Shown here: positions 37,371 through 50,749 of the stretch, piece after piece
How positions within the stretch are numbered: the stretch's first letter is position 1
Layout of the letters: each line of letters opens with the position of its first letter
DNA from: Octopus sinensis
Taxonomy: Eukaryota
Assembly (NCBI RefSeq): GCF_006345805.1
Contig: NW_021833807.1
Span: forward strand, 1-64,000
DNA length: 64,000 nucleotides
Direction of reading: 5' to 3'
Notes under the pieces: model-generated
The model's database searches: none
The model's input: only the letters and a program-made list of their open reading frames with translations
Told to the model about the DNA's origin: nothing
Made by a program: the position numbers and the translations under genes

Positions 37371-38847
37371 CTCATGTCTAAAACGGAAAAATATAGAACG
37401 ATTCGCGATCCCATGTATTTTTTATTATATTACCTTATTGTGTTTTAAAACTGCAACATTCGTGCACATGGTCGAGATTGTCTATACTTAGAATGTGATT
37501 AATATTTGTATCGATAAATATAAAAGGATATTTAATGTGAGCATCACGAATTTTTGAAAAATTTACGCTTGCAATCCGAGCAGATGCCGGGTCCAGTCAA
37601 AAACCGGTCACAGAAAATAATAAAAGTCTTGATAATATGATGATTTGATGGTACCTGCTTTACATTTACCTTGCCGAGTTCCTCGATGGCTTATCGTGTC
37701 CATTAATAGACTCAGAGTGCTTGAACACACTGAAAAATGATTGAAACATTTTTTTAGTTTTTTATGGATATTAAACTCTTTTTAAAAAACTCAACTGATT
37801 GGCCCTACAAATTCCTCTATGCGGCCTTCGCTAAAATGCTTCGTTTTAGTTAGAAAAATCAGTATTTTTTATTTAGATAATCTTGATATTTGTATATTTA
37901 TGAGTTCTTTCTTAGTTTCTTTATGTTTGACAGAATAGAAATGATCATTTTATTAGGTAATGATATATGTTTTCGAGATATTCCGTCATATAATGAGAAC
38001 TTTCTGTTATTTGCATGGATGTCGTTTTTTAATATTATTGAGTCTTCCACATTATTTTTTCGTCATATTTTATCTTTTTATTTTGGTCATTTTTTTCAAG
38101 CATTTTGAGATTTTCAATAACTTTATAATATATCTCCGCGTTCTTGCCATCCCCTTTGAATTGATTAAGTGCTTCAATTTGATCTGCACTTTTTAAATCA
38201 TTATGTCCAACTAGCATAAAAATTTCAGAAGGTATTTGTCGAGTTGTTTCATGTACGGCCATGTTATAGTCGGAACATTTTTTTTCAATATTTTAAGATA
38301 GTGTTTAAAGTGATTGTTTTATTCGCTAGTGGAGTATATCCATCTCTTAATGGATTGGTTGAATCTTTGAAATTAAATAAGTAGCTTTCGAGTTGATCTT
38401 GCTGCTTGGTTGGTTGCTTGGTTTGGTTTTGAACAGTTCACAAAAAGAGGAGTAAATACAATAATGATCTGTAAATTAATCAAATTATTTTACATTACAC
38501 GGAATCAAAAATAAATTACCTTTTTTAAAAGAGATATTCGGAACGAAGAAGAGCTAACAGATATCGACAATTATCTCAAGTGGTTTAGGGAAAATATGAT
38601 ATAGCAAAAGAAAATGCCATTGTATACTCTAACGTCGTCAATCAAAAAATGTTAAAAAAGCAAATCTGAAATAATGACATTCCAATTTTTAAAATTGGAG
38701 ACTAAGTTATTAGAAGGAAACAATAAAAAAACACGTACGGGTGCTTTAAATTAACGTTTGAACGTTCAAATTGATCGCATTATTGAAATATTACCCAATG
38801 GAATGATTTCTATTGGAGGAGATGACTATACAGGATATATAGTCTAG

Positions 38848-39715
38848 ATCAGTGGTTCTCAATGGTGGGCGTTTCGCCTTCAAAGGCGATTTATTCTGTC
38901 AGGGGGGCGATAGTTGATTGCTAATATTTAAAAAATCAAAATCCTATATTAAAAGTCGATAATCTTTAAAAAATAAAGATCTATAATCGATTCAAATAAT
39001 TTTTATTAATAATATGATATTTTTATTATATTGTATCTTCTTCGGACTCGCACAGTTGGATTTACTGGATTTGTTAGCTCTCTCTTTCTAAATAAAGTGC
39101 GTTTCCGGCCTAATGGAGAAATTTGGTAATGGTAACATTGCCAAGTCAATCCACAAAAGGCTCTTAATAATAATAATTTCTAGTCATCTTTATGGGTCGC
39201 GTTCAAAAAAGTCGCGAGGGGTATTGTCTTTGTCAAAAAAGGTCAGAATGTATTAAGATGAATATATTTCTCTTAGATTTATTTAAGATTCCCAAGATCC
39301 TAATAAACCACTTTTTCTTCAATGTGGTACAATCTTTTCGAATGAGGCAATGAAACCGTTTCGTTTGATTAAACATTTAAAGCGAAAACATCATAGTACA
39401 ATTGGAAAAATTGTCGCAAAACTGGTTGCATTACTATTTTAAATTATAGGTAGTGGCCATTTGATTGCAGAAAATTTTATCCGTGCTTTTTTAAATTTAT
39501 TCATAAACGATATCTTATAAAAAGATTTTTTAAATATTATAAAGACTATTCCATTAAGCAACGACACTATATGAAAAAGAATTGATGAAATTTACAATGA
39601 AATTGAACAATCATTAATTTTAGTTGTCAGAGAACGCAAATTTTCAGTTCAACTTGACGAATCAGTTGTCGTTAATAACCACTCAATTATGATGGCATAT
39701 GTAAGGGCTATCTGA
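38848..39715 (+). mobile_element. hAT (Buster/ZBED5-like) 5' part
   Basis: cagtggttctcaa terminus; FSNEAMKPFRLIKHLKRKH, PLSNDT, FSVQLDES..MAYVR. Confidence 0.85.
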
Positions 39716-39757
39716 CAAGCCCCTTCAACACGGATTTAAAAAAGGAAGATCTATTTT

Positions 39758-39945
39758 GAGTCCCGTGGTTGACAGAGTCCCTACACATTCCTCCACCACA
39801 TGATCATCAGCTCTCGTCAGTGTCTTATAAACTGGACACACGTACAAGAGGTTGTCATAATTTTTATTTTCTGTCGGAATCAGCCAGATTGAAGGCATTT
39901 CCACATTCAGTTCCTTTGTTATCGACTCCACCAGACGTCCCCCAT
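39758..39945 (-). pseudogene. Axonemal inner-arm dynein heavy chain C-terminal fragment (DNAH1-like)
   Basis: LVESITKELNVEMPSIWLIP..YVCPVYKTLTRA/GTLSTTG; 27-nt GC-rich intron 39781-39807 with AT instead of GT donor. Confidence 0.8.
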
Positions 39946-40037
39946 CTTATCAACCCCCTTACGACTTTTAGCATTAAATATAAGAAAAATTAAATTTTCA
40001 ACAAATTGATTAACAGATTTTTGGGAATGTGTAATAT

Positions 40038-40255
40038 CTAAGTATTTGAAGATCGGAAAACTTTCTGTTTTGTCCCAATTTCGATAGAGACATCTGATGT
40101 AGTTAAATCAAAAACTGGGGAATTTCTTAAGAAAATTTGGGCGATTCTGGCTAAACGAAGGAGGGACAGTCGCGAGGGGTATTGGTTTCGTCGACGTATT
40201 GGAATTGCAGTTCTTCGTGGCAACACCCACGCGATACTTGCTGCCAGACCGTGAT
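40038..40255 (+). mobile_element. CRE-like 3' fragment
   Basis: YWFRRRIGIAVLRGNTHAILAA, near-identical to the end of the 22369 ORF. Confidence 0.85.
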
Positions 40256-41757
40256 TATTTGTATGTTATATTCAATTCAAATAATGGTCTGATCTAAAAA
40301 AATAATAGTACAATTGATTAACATTTTTGGTATGACATTGTAGCTCAGCAGTCACAGTCAATTTTAGGCAATTGCCATCTTCTTACTATTTGTTACTTTT
40401 TATATTTTTTTCGTATGCAGTCTTTTCATTGGTTTACATTCCTTTTCGCATGATGTAGTGTGATGTCGTGTTCGATCTGTGGTCCTCCCTTATAAATCTA
40501 CTCTCTCGGTATCAAAAAATTCAGTTACCAACATAAAACGATTTTAAAAATGTCGAATACTATCAAGGATTTTTAACTGGTAAATGAGAATTGAAAATAA
40601 GCGTTTGGAAAGTTCTAGAGAGCACTGGGGATTAGGTAATATTTGACTGGACGTTATTGAGTGCATGCCGGTCCTTGACAATTTACAGTTTGTAAGTGAA
40701 GTACCACTTTAGACATTAAATTAGTATTACTTCGATTTTTCTGGCAATCAAGATTATTTTTGTCGGACGGTAAGAGACAACTCGGCCAAAAAAATATTAA
40801 TATTTAATGATAATTTATTCATTTGATTTTAAGATCATAGTTCGATTAAATTTTGAAAAAGCAACCAAATAGTCAGTTTTTAATCAAACTTATAAAAATG
40901 AATTTCTTTTTAAAGTTTAAACTAGCAACTTCAAATACCAAATTTTTGTACTTCTCTGCATATAATTTGTGAATAGTAAAAATTACACCCGGTGATGTGT
41001 ACTAATAGATATGGTTTTTGTGAAAAATGAAGTAAGATTTTCTCAAAATCAATAATATATTTCTGGACTGGAGTTGACAATATTTTTAATTTATAAAAAA
41101 AATTGGTCCTGTTTAGTAAAAGTGTTTATACACAAACTTAAAATTTTCTAAAAAAACTTTCACATAATGATTACTAATGGATTAAAACCACGTGGAACGC
41201 TGTTAAAAAATCCACGAATATCTACGTTTCAGATTTGTGCAGAACTGGCAATTGAAAATCTAATGAAAACCGATTTTTATTTTATATAGTAGAATCTTTA
41301 AGTAAAAATGTTGTCCAAATATTTAATGTTTAGTAGTTTAATAAAGTTGTGGTTTTAAACAAATAACTATAATAGATTTCTGTTAATTTGGATCGGAGAC
41401 TAAAATGTGTAACCTAAATCTGATTTGACAATCTACGACTGGGACAACGTAGACAATAAACTAAAATTCAAGAACATTAAACCATCCGACGATTCTCTGA
41501 CATCTCTCAATAAGGAACTAAAATATTTTACTACAAAGACAAACTGTTTGCTTTAAAAAGAAAAAACTGTCTGCAAAAATACACTTTTTATTACAAAATC
41601 AGAAATGATGATGATTTAATCAAACAATGTCATATTATCAAGAAAAATTCGCGCCTTTATAAGATTTTTAATTCTGTTATTCTATCTAATTGCCCTTTTT
41701 GAAACAATTAGATATCTAAAAATACAAAAATAATGGAGAATTTAATTTATAAATAAA

Positions 41758-43374
41758 TCAGCGTTGTTTAGACATGGCAAGACGTCGTTTCTTTTCAACC
41801 ATTTTAGCATTATATTTATCACCCATTATTTCTAATATTTTTAATCTGCCCAATTTTTTAGTTTGTGGTCGCAGCTTTTCTCCAATATCACAAACAAGTG
41901 ATGGATTCTCAACATAAGCAAACATTTCCTCCAATCTGATCATTTCATCAAGTCGATTCATCACTTCCAACTTTTTTTCCATCGTCTTTCTTTTATTTTC
42001 CTGCAAACTCTAAAACATCCCCAAACCTCAAATAACAAATTAGCGTCTCTTTCTTCTCCCCAACGAACAAATGTCTCATTCATTGAAAGGATTTCCTCTT
42101 TCTCATGCTTCCAAATACGGGATGTGACGTAATCTTCTACCTGATTTTCCAAACTAACAGTTGATATTTTATTTTTAAAATTATCCTCAAGTGTCTTCAA
42201 ATTAAAGGATAACTCAAAAAACCGTCAGAATATTCAAAAATTCATCCCGACGAGCAGGAGTAATGAATCTCTTTTGTGCATAAATTGGAATTCCCTCTTT
42301 GTAGTCATCACGGACGTGAGCATTGTTAAGACATATCCTCACCAGTCCAAACTTTTGAATATAAAAAACAAATTAAACAAAATCTGACGGAAAAGTGTCC
42401 TCCATCTTTGAAATCGATTCAAAAAACGTTTCAAAATGTTCATAACAGGCTAATCCGACAAGCCTAAGGACAGAACAGACGGAATCATCACTCTCCAAAT
42501 TGTCAGTCACATACAAAAGTGTCTTTCCACATGCAAGACGGGGATTTTTTACATCAAAATGATCATCGTAGAATTCATTTTCCATAAATTTGACCCTTTC
42601 ATAAACTACTGGCTCCTCCTCTTCTATCACATCTTTCTCAGTAAGAGAAAGTTTAAAAAATGGAATAAATTTGACACAGGCAAGTAGTGTCAAAAGTTGT
42701 ACGACAGGAGAAGTCATGTCTTCTTGAAGCATTCCTTCGACGGCAACATCAAAAGCATCTTCATTGTTTTTTAAAACGACATACCTTTGATATTTCCTTC
42801 GACCAAGTGATGATCAATAAGAAGAGCCATTCCCCATTGATCGGGGAATATTCCAAATTCTATTTTCTGGACACACATGTCAGTAAGGGAAAAAGATTTC
42901 GATAATTTTAGAAGTGACCTCACTACGGCATGATGGAGAGATGGAAGTTGAATTTGACCGACAGTGGACTTTCGGTGTCTGGAAATAACTTATTTCGAGG
43001 TACCGTTTGAGAATATCCACAAAAAGATCAAATACCTTCATATCTTTAAGGAAGTACATTTTGCAGGCTAACTAAGACAGTAATGATAGTCACAAACAAT
43101 ACTAGTTCTAATGTATGGATACTATAAGGCTCATTCTTCTCCATACATTCTTGTATTTGGACTGACAATTCCTCTTTAAGGTTTACTTAGATATTAAACC
43201 AGCAGATTTGTTTGGGACGTTAGGATAGTTGAGACTTCGTAACCAAGATTGGTCATCCTTGTATTCGTTGGTAAGGTAAAGTCGAGTTGGGCACTCTTTA
43301 AAACTGTATTAAAAAGATTTACTTAAATAATGAAATATATTATAAGAAAATGAGCAGAGTCGTGATCTATACAT
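41758..43374 (-). CDS. MRPS27: Mitochondrial ribosomal protein S27 (PPR)
   Basis: KIEFGIFPDQWGMALLIDHHLVEGNIK/DAFDVAVEGMLQED..QLLTLL matches the mS27 core; FYDDHFD..LACGKTL; multiple micro-introns; ATG at 43374. Confidence 0.8.
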
Positions 43375-43381
43375 GTGACTA

Positions 43382-46300
43382 TTATTATTAGCACTGTCAT
43401 AGGAACATAATGTAATTTAAACTAATTAAGTTCCCACATGTGCCACATATGAGACTATCTTTTCGGTCATAATTTCCATGATGTGCGGTTGTATGCTATA
43501 CTCCTGAGAGTATCTAGGTCGTCTCCATTTTTCAGTTGTCTTTTAACGCGTTGTAGTTCTTTTGAGATTACAATAGGTAATGTATTTCGTGGGCGTCCTC
43601 GGGACGCAGATCTTTCGTCCTTTGCGTAATATGATTCCATTGCCCAGTTAGCATAAACATCCTGGTCGAGTCTTAGAATGTGGCCCAATAGGCGCCAACG
43701 TGCTTCGGTAATGTCCACACTGACGGGTCTGCTGTTGCAGATATTGTATAGGGTGGAGTTCTTGATTTTCTTTGGCCAGTTGATGCCAATAAGAATTCTT
43801 AACTGTCTTCTATGGAATGCATCAAGAGATTTTGATTCAGACTCAGATATTCCCCATGTTCCTCCGTTGTACAAAAGTATGGGTTTAATAAAAGCATTGT
43901 ATAATTTGGCACGTAAGGCCGTTCCAACCTCGCGGTTTCGTAGCCAAGTGGTCCGCAGTTTGTTAAGTGCAACAGTCGATAGCATCTTTCTCCTCATAAT
44001 GTCTTCACTATCTCCTAAAAGAGTTCCAACTTTTTTCGAGTTTCGCCATTTTTCGTCTGTTCTATTTGCCTCCCGGTTGATTGTTACATATTCGGTTTTT
44101 TCTATGTTCACTTTTAAGAACCATTTTTCCAGTGCCTGAGGAGCAATGTTCAGCAGTTCTTCGAGAGTCGACTTATCATGAGACAAAAAGTCTACATCGT
44201 CGGCATATATCACTTCAGTTATTGAAGTAGACTTCACTAGTTTTCTCAGATCTCTTAGTGCCGCTTCAAGATAGACAATGAATAGTACAGGTGATATTGA
44301 ATCACCTTGGGGCGTTCCAATGCTTGTTTTGAAAGATCTTGATTGTACGGGTCCGATCTTCACCGTTAACTCGGTGTCTATAAGTAGTGCTCGAACCATT
44401 CTGATCGAGTCATTGTCAAGAATAGTTTTGAGGATCTCCATTAGCTTGTCTCTGCGGATTGTATCAAATGCCCTGCTCATATCAATGCCCAATATTGTGG
44501 TCGCCATTTTAAATTTCTGAGATATGGCACAGATCCATCTATGTCCCCATACTACATCTGCAGTTGATCGCCCAGGCCTGAATCCACTTTGGCTAGCCGA
44601 CAGATATTCATTAACAGGGTCCTTAATACGTTCCAGTGTTACGAGCGAGAAGATTTTCCTTATTGTGTTCAAGAGTATGATTGGGCGAATGTTGTTAAGA
44701 GGACCTTGCGGCTTGTTGGGTTTTTGGAGAGGAATTAGCGTTCCTTTCCCAATAGGCGGTATGGTATTTCCATGGAACATCTCGTTCAGGAGATTTGTGA
44801 TTATAGTTGAGATCTCCATTGGGGAGTACTTTATCAATTCACCGTTGATGTTGTCTGGACCCGCCGCACGGTTGTTTTTTATTTTTTTATAGCCTTCAAA
44901 ACTTCAAGGTGTGTTATTTGTTGTTTAGATAACGTTCTTCACCCTCATCGAGAGCATCGGCCCTGCCATTGAATAGTATTTCGAAGTGGTCGGCGATTGT
45001 ATTTACCATTTCGATTGGGTTTCCAATTGTTTTCCCATGTTCATCGTGCACAACCAGTTTTGTTTTCTGTTGTCGTCGGCGTAGTAGTCTGATGGCTGCG
45101 TACATTTGCGCACCATCCTTTAAGTCTTCAACTTCTGATATTCGAGAGTTTAATAAAGCTTTCACGTATTTAAGATTTTCCTTCTTGATTGTTCTCGATA
45201 TTTTCCTACGTTCTCTTTTGAGTTTTTCCTTTGCCTCCTTGTCGTTGGTGTTTTCAATTTTCAGTTGGATGGCTTTTGTTTTGTTGCCATTTCGGCAACA
45301 TTTGGATTCAATGGGTTTGAGTGGTTTCTGAATGCAGTCGTTCCAATGTTTCCGTTGCAGCTTTGTGAATAAGTTTTTCTAATATCCCAGCTTTTGTTTG
45401 GGTCTTTTACCGTTTCTGTTACTTTTAGGTTTTCGATGATTGCCTGGGAGTATTTTTCCTTGGTAACATCTGATGTAATCAGTTTTTCCACTGAGTATCT
45501 AATTCGGTTTGATTCATTTTCTTTTGAAAGAGGCGATCCAAAAATTCTTTTCAGTCTCAATCGTGCCACAATGACTTTGTGATCGCTCAGTGTAAGTGCC
45601 CCGCCATATGACCTGGCATCCAGCAATCGATGTTTTTCTTCTTGTCTACAGATGATATAATCGATTTGATTATAGATGTTGACGTACTCCCCATTTTTGT
45701 TTCTTCTAGTCCCGGTCCACGTGGTTTTATGACGTGCCGCATGAGGAAAGACCGTATTGCATAGCAGTAGCTTGAATATGCTGCAGAAGTTCACAAGCAT
45801 TTCACCTGGTGCATTTCTTATCCCCCGTCCGTGTCTGCCCATGAACACTTCTTCACCACGGCCTTTGCCTGCCTTAGCATTCCAATCACCGGCAATTAGT
45901 ATAAGGAAGGATGTTTTTATACTCGTGTAGGTCTTTGATAGCATGTGATAGAAAGAGTCTAGTTCATCCACGTTCTTCTTCAGTCTTCCACTTTGTGGGG
46001 CGTAGACATTTATAATGCTGATTATTCGATCCGTGTTGGTCAAAGTTTTTTGTCTCAGTTGTAGTACACATATGCGGTCGTTCACACGGTAGTATTTGTG
46101 AATTGAATTCCCCTGCCCATAATGACGTGATTCTGATGGAAGGAGAATGATTCGATACTCGTTGTGTATCTCATCTAGCCCGCCTTTGACCTTCGTTTCT
46201 TGAAAGCATCCGATAGTTGCACCATATGCATTCAGATCCCGGCATAGGATTTTTCGCTTGGATAGGTCAGATAGTCCTCTGACATTGAATGATAGCAAAG

Positions 46301-46409
46301 TAAAATCTCTTTGTAGCCTCATATGTGATTAAGACTTTGTGCAATAGAGTTGCGTCACTAACTCAACCAGAAAACTGAACGTGCGTGGGTTTCAACCCAC
46401 GTTTGGTAA
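43382..46409 (-). mobile_element. Full-length RTE-like non-LTR retrotransposon (APE + RT, few frameshifts)
   Basis: 9-bp TSD atgtgacta (43373-81, 46410-18); (TAA)3 tail; FNVRGL, FQETK, AGDWNAK, SDH, GTPQGDSISP, YADD, RGRPR. Confidence 0.93.
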
Positions 46410-46500
46410 ATGTGACTAAATTTAAATTATTACATCAAATAATAAATATTTATATCATTTAATTAAATATATTTATATAGTTTTTTGAGTGAATGTTGTA

Positions 46501-47261
46501 ATGCGACTAGAAAACATATATTTTCAAGAATTACAACAAAATGAACGAAATATAAAGACCCTAGTGAAGGTGGCTTTAATCCACGAGAGTTATAGCAAAT
46601 ATCAACTCAGAATATAAGCCGAGAAGAGCTAAATAACATCAACACTGAGGTAACCCGATTATTATGCTCAAGTAATGAAATAATAAATGTATTTCAACTT
46701 ATTTACAATTGCAGGGCCTCAAAAACACAATTCCAGTTCACGTCGATTTAAAAAGTGATAAAAATGATAAATTAAAAATCTTTTCAGAAACTTTAAAAAT
46801 GTATAAATATATCACAATTCTAGTCTCTCTGGACATTTCAGAAAAGCAAATTTTGACTACAACCGAGAAACACAGTCGGGGACAAGGAAGGAGGTGCCCG
46901 ATGACGTCGCCGTACGAATGAGGAGGTATAAGTTATTGGTGAACAGGGAAGGATAAGGGAGATACCTGAACGGAAGAGTACAGTGAGAATAATTGATAAT
47001 TTAAATAATCTAAAATCGCTTATTTCTACACGTGTTGAGCAAAATGACAAAATAAACGAAATTTTATTGTCGACTTCGAATTTGCTTGATAAAAATGTCA
47101 CTTTATTGGAACAGATTGGCCACAGAGTTACTATAGCCAGAAGATTGGTCTATAAATATATTCTCAGAGACAGGACTCTCGTTGTCCTACTTATTTTCGG
47201 ATATATTTCATTTTTCCTGTCAGTATTTTACGTTCTTAAAGTTCGATTGTCTAAATTGTAA
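46501..47261 (+). CDS. BNIP1: Vesicle transport SNARE SEC20/BNIP1
   Basis: C-terminus IARRLVYKYILRDRTLVVLLIFGYISFFLSVFYVLKVRL matches SEC20 tail and TM anchor; 26-nt introns (e.g. 46570-95) give an open frame from ATG 46501. Confidence 0.75.
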
Positions 47262-47364
47262 ATTGAATTATAATTAAAATTTATTGAATAAAAATATTAC
47301 TTTAATTAAATAGTCACGTTTTTTACTTGTGGTGATTTTTGTGTTATTTAAAAATTAATAAGAA

Positions 47365-47685
47365 ATGGGACGGAAGAAGGTTGGAGCAGATAATACAAAT
47401 GCTAATCTTGCTATGGCTGTGAGAAGTGGTAAGTGCTCTCTTGGTCGACGGCAAACACTTCGGTTGATGACGGCAGGAAAGGCCAAATTGGTTGTGATTG
47501 CAAACAATGCTGATCATCTACACAAATCAGAGTTAGAATACAATGGATTCATGGGGAAAATTCCAATTCTTCATTATAAGGGGAATAATAACGAGTTGGG
47601 GACTGCTTGCGGAAAGAGATTTAAAGTCACCATTATGGCCATCCAAGATCCCGGAGATTCGGATATTATTAAATCCAAGTCTTAA
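47365..47685 (+). CDS. RPL30: 60S ribosomal protein L30 (eL30), intronless
   Basis: GKAKLVVIANN, KSELEY, GNNNELGTACGK, IQDPGDSDII. Confidence 0.95.
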   Translation: MGRKKVGADNTNANLAMAVRSGKCSLGRRQTLRLMTAGKAKLVVIANNADHLHKSELEYNGFMGKIPILHYKGNNNELGTACGKRFKVTIMAIQDPGDSDIIKSKS

Positions 47686-47811
47686 TTTTGTGTCTCGTTC
47701 TATACTTTAATTTGTTGATTAGCACATATTTTTTGTTTGATTTAACTTTCCTTGGATAATCATTCTCTGAACATCCCTTTTCACTTTCCTTCTGTAAAAT
47801 ATAAATTAGGT

Positions 47812-48373
47812 CAGGGGTGGCCGAGCATTCGATCGCAGCGTATTTTTTTGTTGTTGAAAATTTTAGCTATTTTCAAACATTGAAGATGAATTCTTAAAAC
47901 AACTTGCCGATAAAAATCATTATCTTAATGAAACCAAAATGTTTCAAAATTTAGAAAGATTTTTAACACTGAACCAAGAAAAATTGAAATAGAAATTATG
48001 AATCTAAAAAATATCGCATTTTAAAATCATATTCAAATGTGAACATGTGGAGATTTATGTATCCAGAAAAATATCGAATTTTTATTGATTCGTATAAACG
48101 ATTTCTTTCATGCTTAGGAAGAAAAAATTGTTGTCCGAAACATCATTTTAAAGCATGAAAATGATAAAGGCTCAATACAGGACCCGTTTAACGGATGACC
48201 ATCATGGGGTTTGTATGAGAATAGCAATAAGTTTATACGAGCTAGAATTTGAAATAATCGCAAGAGAATTACAATCCTAAAAATCCCATTAACTTTTAAT
48301 TACAAATAAATTTTTCTTATTAAGTCGATTGATAAAAATCGCAATCGCCGGTAAAAAAAGTTGGCCACCCCTG
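47812..48373 (+). mobile_element. Internally deleted hAT (Charlie/GTF2IRD2-like)
   Basis: TIR caggggtggcc/ggccacccctg; degenerate 8-bp TSD aattaggt/aactaggg; SMKMIKAQYRTRLTDDH. Confidence 0.85.
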
Positions 48374-48618
48374 AACTAGGGTTTTGAGTTCTATTCAACT
48401 CTTCCATCATTTTTTATCTACTGAATTCACTACTTCGTACTTGTATTCAACAGCCATATTTTTAAAGTTTGTATTTATGCTCTCAAAAAGACTTTATAAA
48501 AGGCTTTTTATTCCCGACATTCCTACTTTAATTTTGACTTTTAAAGAAATTATATACCACTGGAAAATATGAGCTCAAAATGATTTGTAAGAATTACCAA
48601 ATTGACTACTTTAATTCA

Positions 48619-50237
48619 TGTCACCGGCTGGATAATGCCCTGGTTGGATAATGCCCTCTCAACATTATTTTAAAAAATAAATATTTTTCAAATTAATTTT
48701 GATTAGATTTTTTAATTTTCTTAATTATTTTAGTAATTATCAAAGTTTTTTTTCAAATTAATCTAGCGTGAAAATTTGTTTTGGTTATTTAAGTTTTCAA
48801 ATTTGAAAAATAATAAGTATATTCGATCAAATCTATATTTCAGAAATGGTTTTACTCAACCTTACAAAGATGAACTTGAAGTAATCAAAAATATTCAAAT
48901 AGATGTTTATATATTGACCGATTTCAGAAATCTGAAAAAAAAGATACAGAAAATTCAGAACAGTTAATTTTTGAGGAGGAAGGGATAGTATACATAAAAT
49001 ACAAAAACCAGAGGTTACGCTTTTTTCCCAAGAAGAAAAGGAACTTAAACTAAAAACTATCGAGGTGATCGTGATCGTTACATAATTATTATAGATTGAA
49101 CATATGAGGACACATTTTGGAAGAGATAGTTTTTTCGATATTGAGAAAGGAAATTTATGCAGTAAACCGAGACGAAATTACTGCTGTGATCTCAAAATGC
49201 GTTCACTGTCAGGTGCATATGTATTGAATTATTTTTAGTCAAAAAAGTTGATGGCGACTAAGCCAACAATCACTCCTATTATTGCAAGAGGGCCTCAAGA
49301 TCGCTATATTGCAGATTTAGTGGATTTAGAAGGTATGCTAGCCTTAATAGCGAGAATGGATGGGTATTTTTTTGTATAAATTGTAGTTGGTTGTGGGTAT
49401 AGACTCATTTTCTAATTCGCAGTTGTAAAACTTGCCAGCGGAAATCAGCGAGGAAATTACTAGAAATTAAAGAACATTTTTTACTTGCCAGGCGGAAAAT
49501 CAGTCGAAGCATGAAACGACCAAGAGGACACCTTTCGAAATTTTTATGCGAGGAAATCATTTAATCTCGGAGGAAATTAGATTGCGTTGTTGTCTTTGAT
49601 GGAAATGAAGCGGTTGAATCAAGTCAATCGGAGATAATTGGATTCGATTATTTGGAAAACGAGGACGATTGTTTGAATCAACAAAGTGTGTAGAAAGCCA
49701 TGTTCTCGCCGGAGAAAAAATGAAAAGGAGGCGGAAATGGAAATTGATGAAGATTTAGCAGTAGGAGATAATGTCCTGCTGAGACATGATATTGATGCGA
49801 ATCCAAATAACCGAAAATACCCCCTATACGATCAGATGATTCCACTATATATGAAACATCGGAGGTTGATAAGACCAGTGCGTACTTAAAGATCTTAATG
49901 ACGAATCATCAAAATATGTACACAAAAGTCGTATAAAAAAATATGACTCTTATAAAAAAAATTTTATATAATAAAAATTCATGAATTTTAATATTTATTT
50001 TTAATGGTAGACCTAAAAAATTGTATAATTATAATAAAATACGTTATTGATTCGGAAAAATTGGTGATGCCGGTTTTTTCCGACTCTTTGAAAAATTCTT
50101 TCAATCAAAAAATTGAATAAATCGACTTAATTCCATTATCAAGTTATTTTTAATTAATTATCAGGTTATTTTCGTTTGATTTAAAAAAAATTTTAAGGGG
50201 GTATTATCCAACCCAGGGCATTATCCAGCCTGTGACA
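48619..50237 (+). mobile_element. Complete but decayed Ginger-like transposon
   Basis: ~40-bp TIR tgtcac(c/a)ggctggataatgccct; 5-bp TSD attca; CVHCQ, RGPQDRYIADLVDL, GDNVLLRHDID. Confidence 0.88.
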
Positions 50238-50749
50238 ATTCATATTCGTAATTTGAGGTTACGAAATAACAAAATCAAGAAGGGATTTAGTAGATCAAAA
50301 GTATTATTACGACGATTAGCAAGGATCTTTACTTTGCCTCTCTCCATACTCATGCAACATTTGATGTATAAATGCTTTTGTGTATAAATAAATCTACTGC
50401 CTTCAGATAGAAAATGAATTTTAACTATAAATTTTTGCCAAAATGTTTTTAAAGTATGCAGGAACTTGTTTCTAATAATTTATAATCTTATCGAAATTTA
50501 TGATACGAATTTTGAGAAAACTACATTGAAATTAATTATTTGGGAATACAAAATTACAGGAACGGTAATATGGTACAAAACTGACATGGGATATGAATTC
50601 ATAACAAAGTTTTTTTTATTATCAGAAAAATTTAGATAAAATAATCACCTAAATGTGCTTGTAGATTATGTATTTTTACTCATATTATAAGTTAAAGAAT
50701 TCAATACGTTTTCCCATCAAGACTAATATAAGATCGTTAGCTGATGATG

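Noticed and set aside
35649-38262. ORFs 35649-35972 and 38035-38262 as genes
   Set aside because: No recognisable domain or supportable gene model; the second may be MULE debris.
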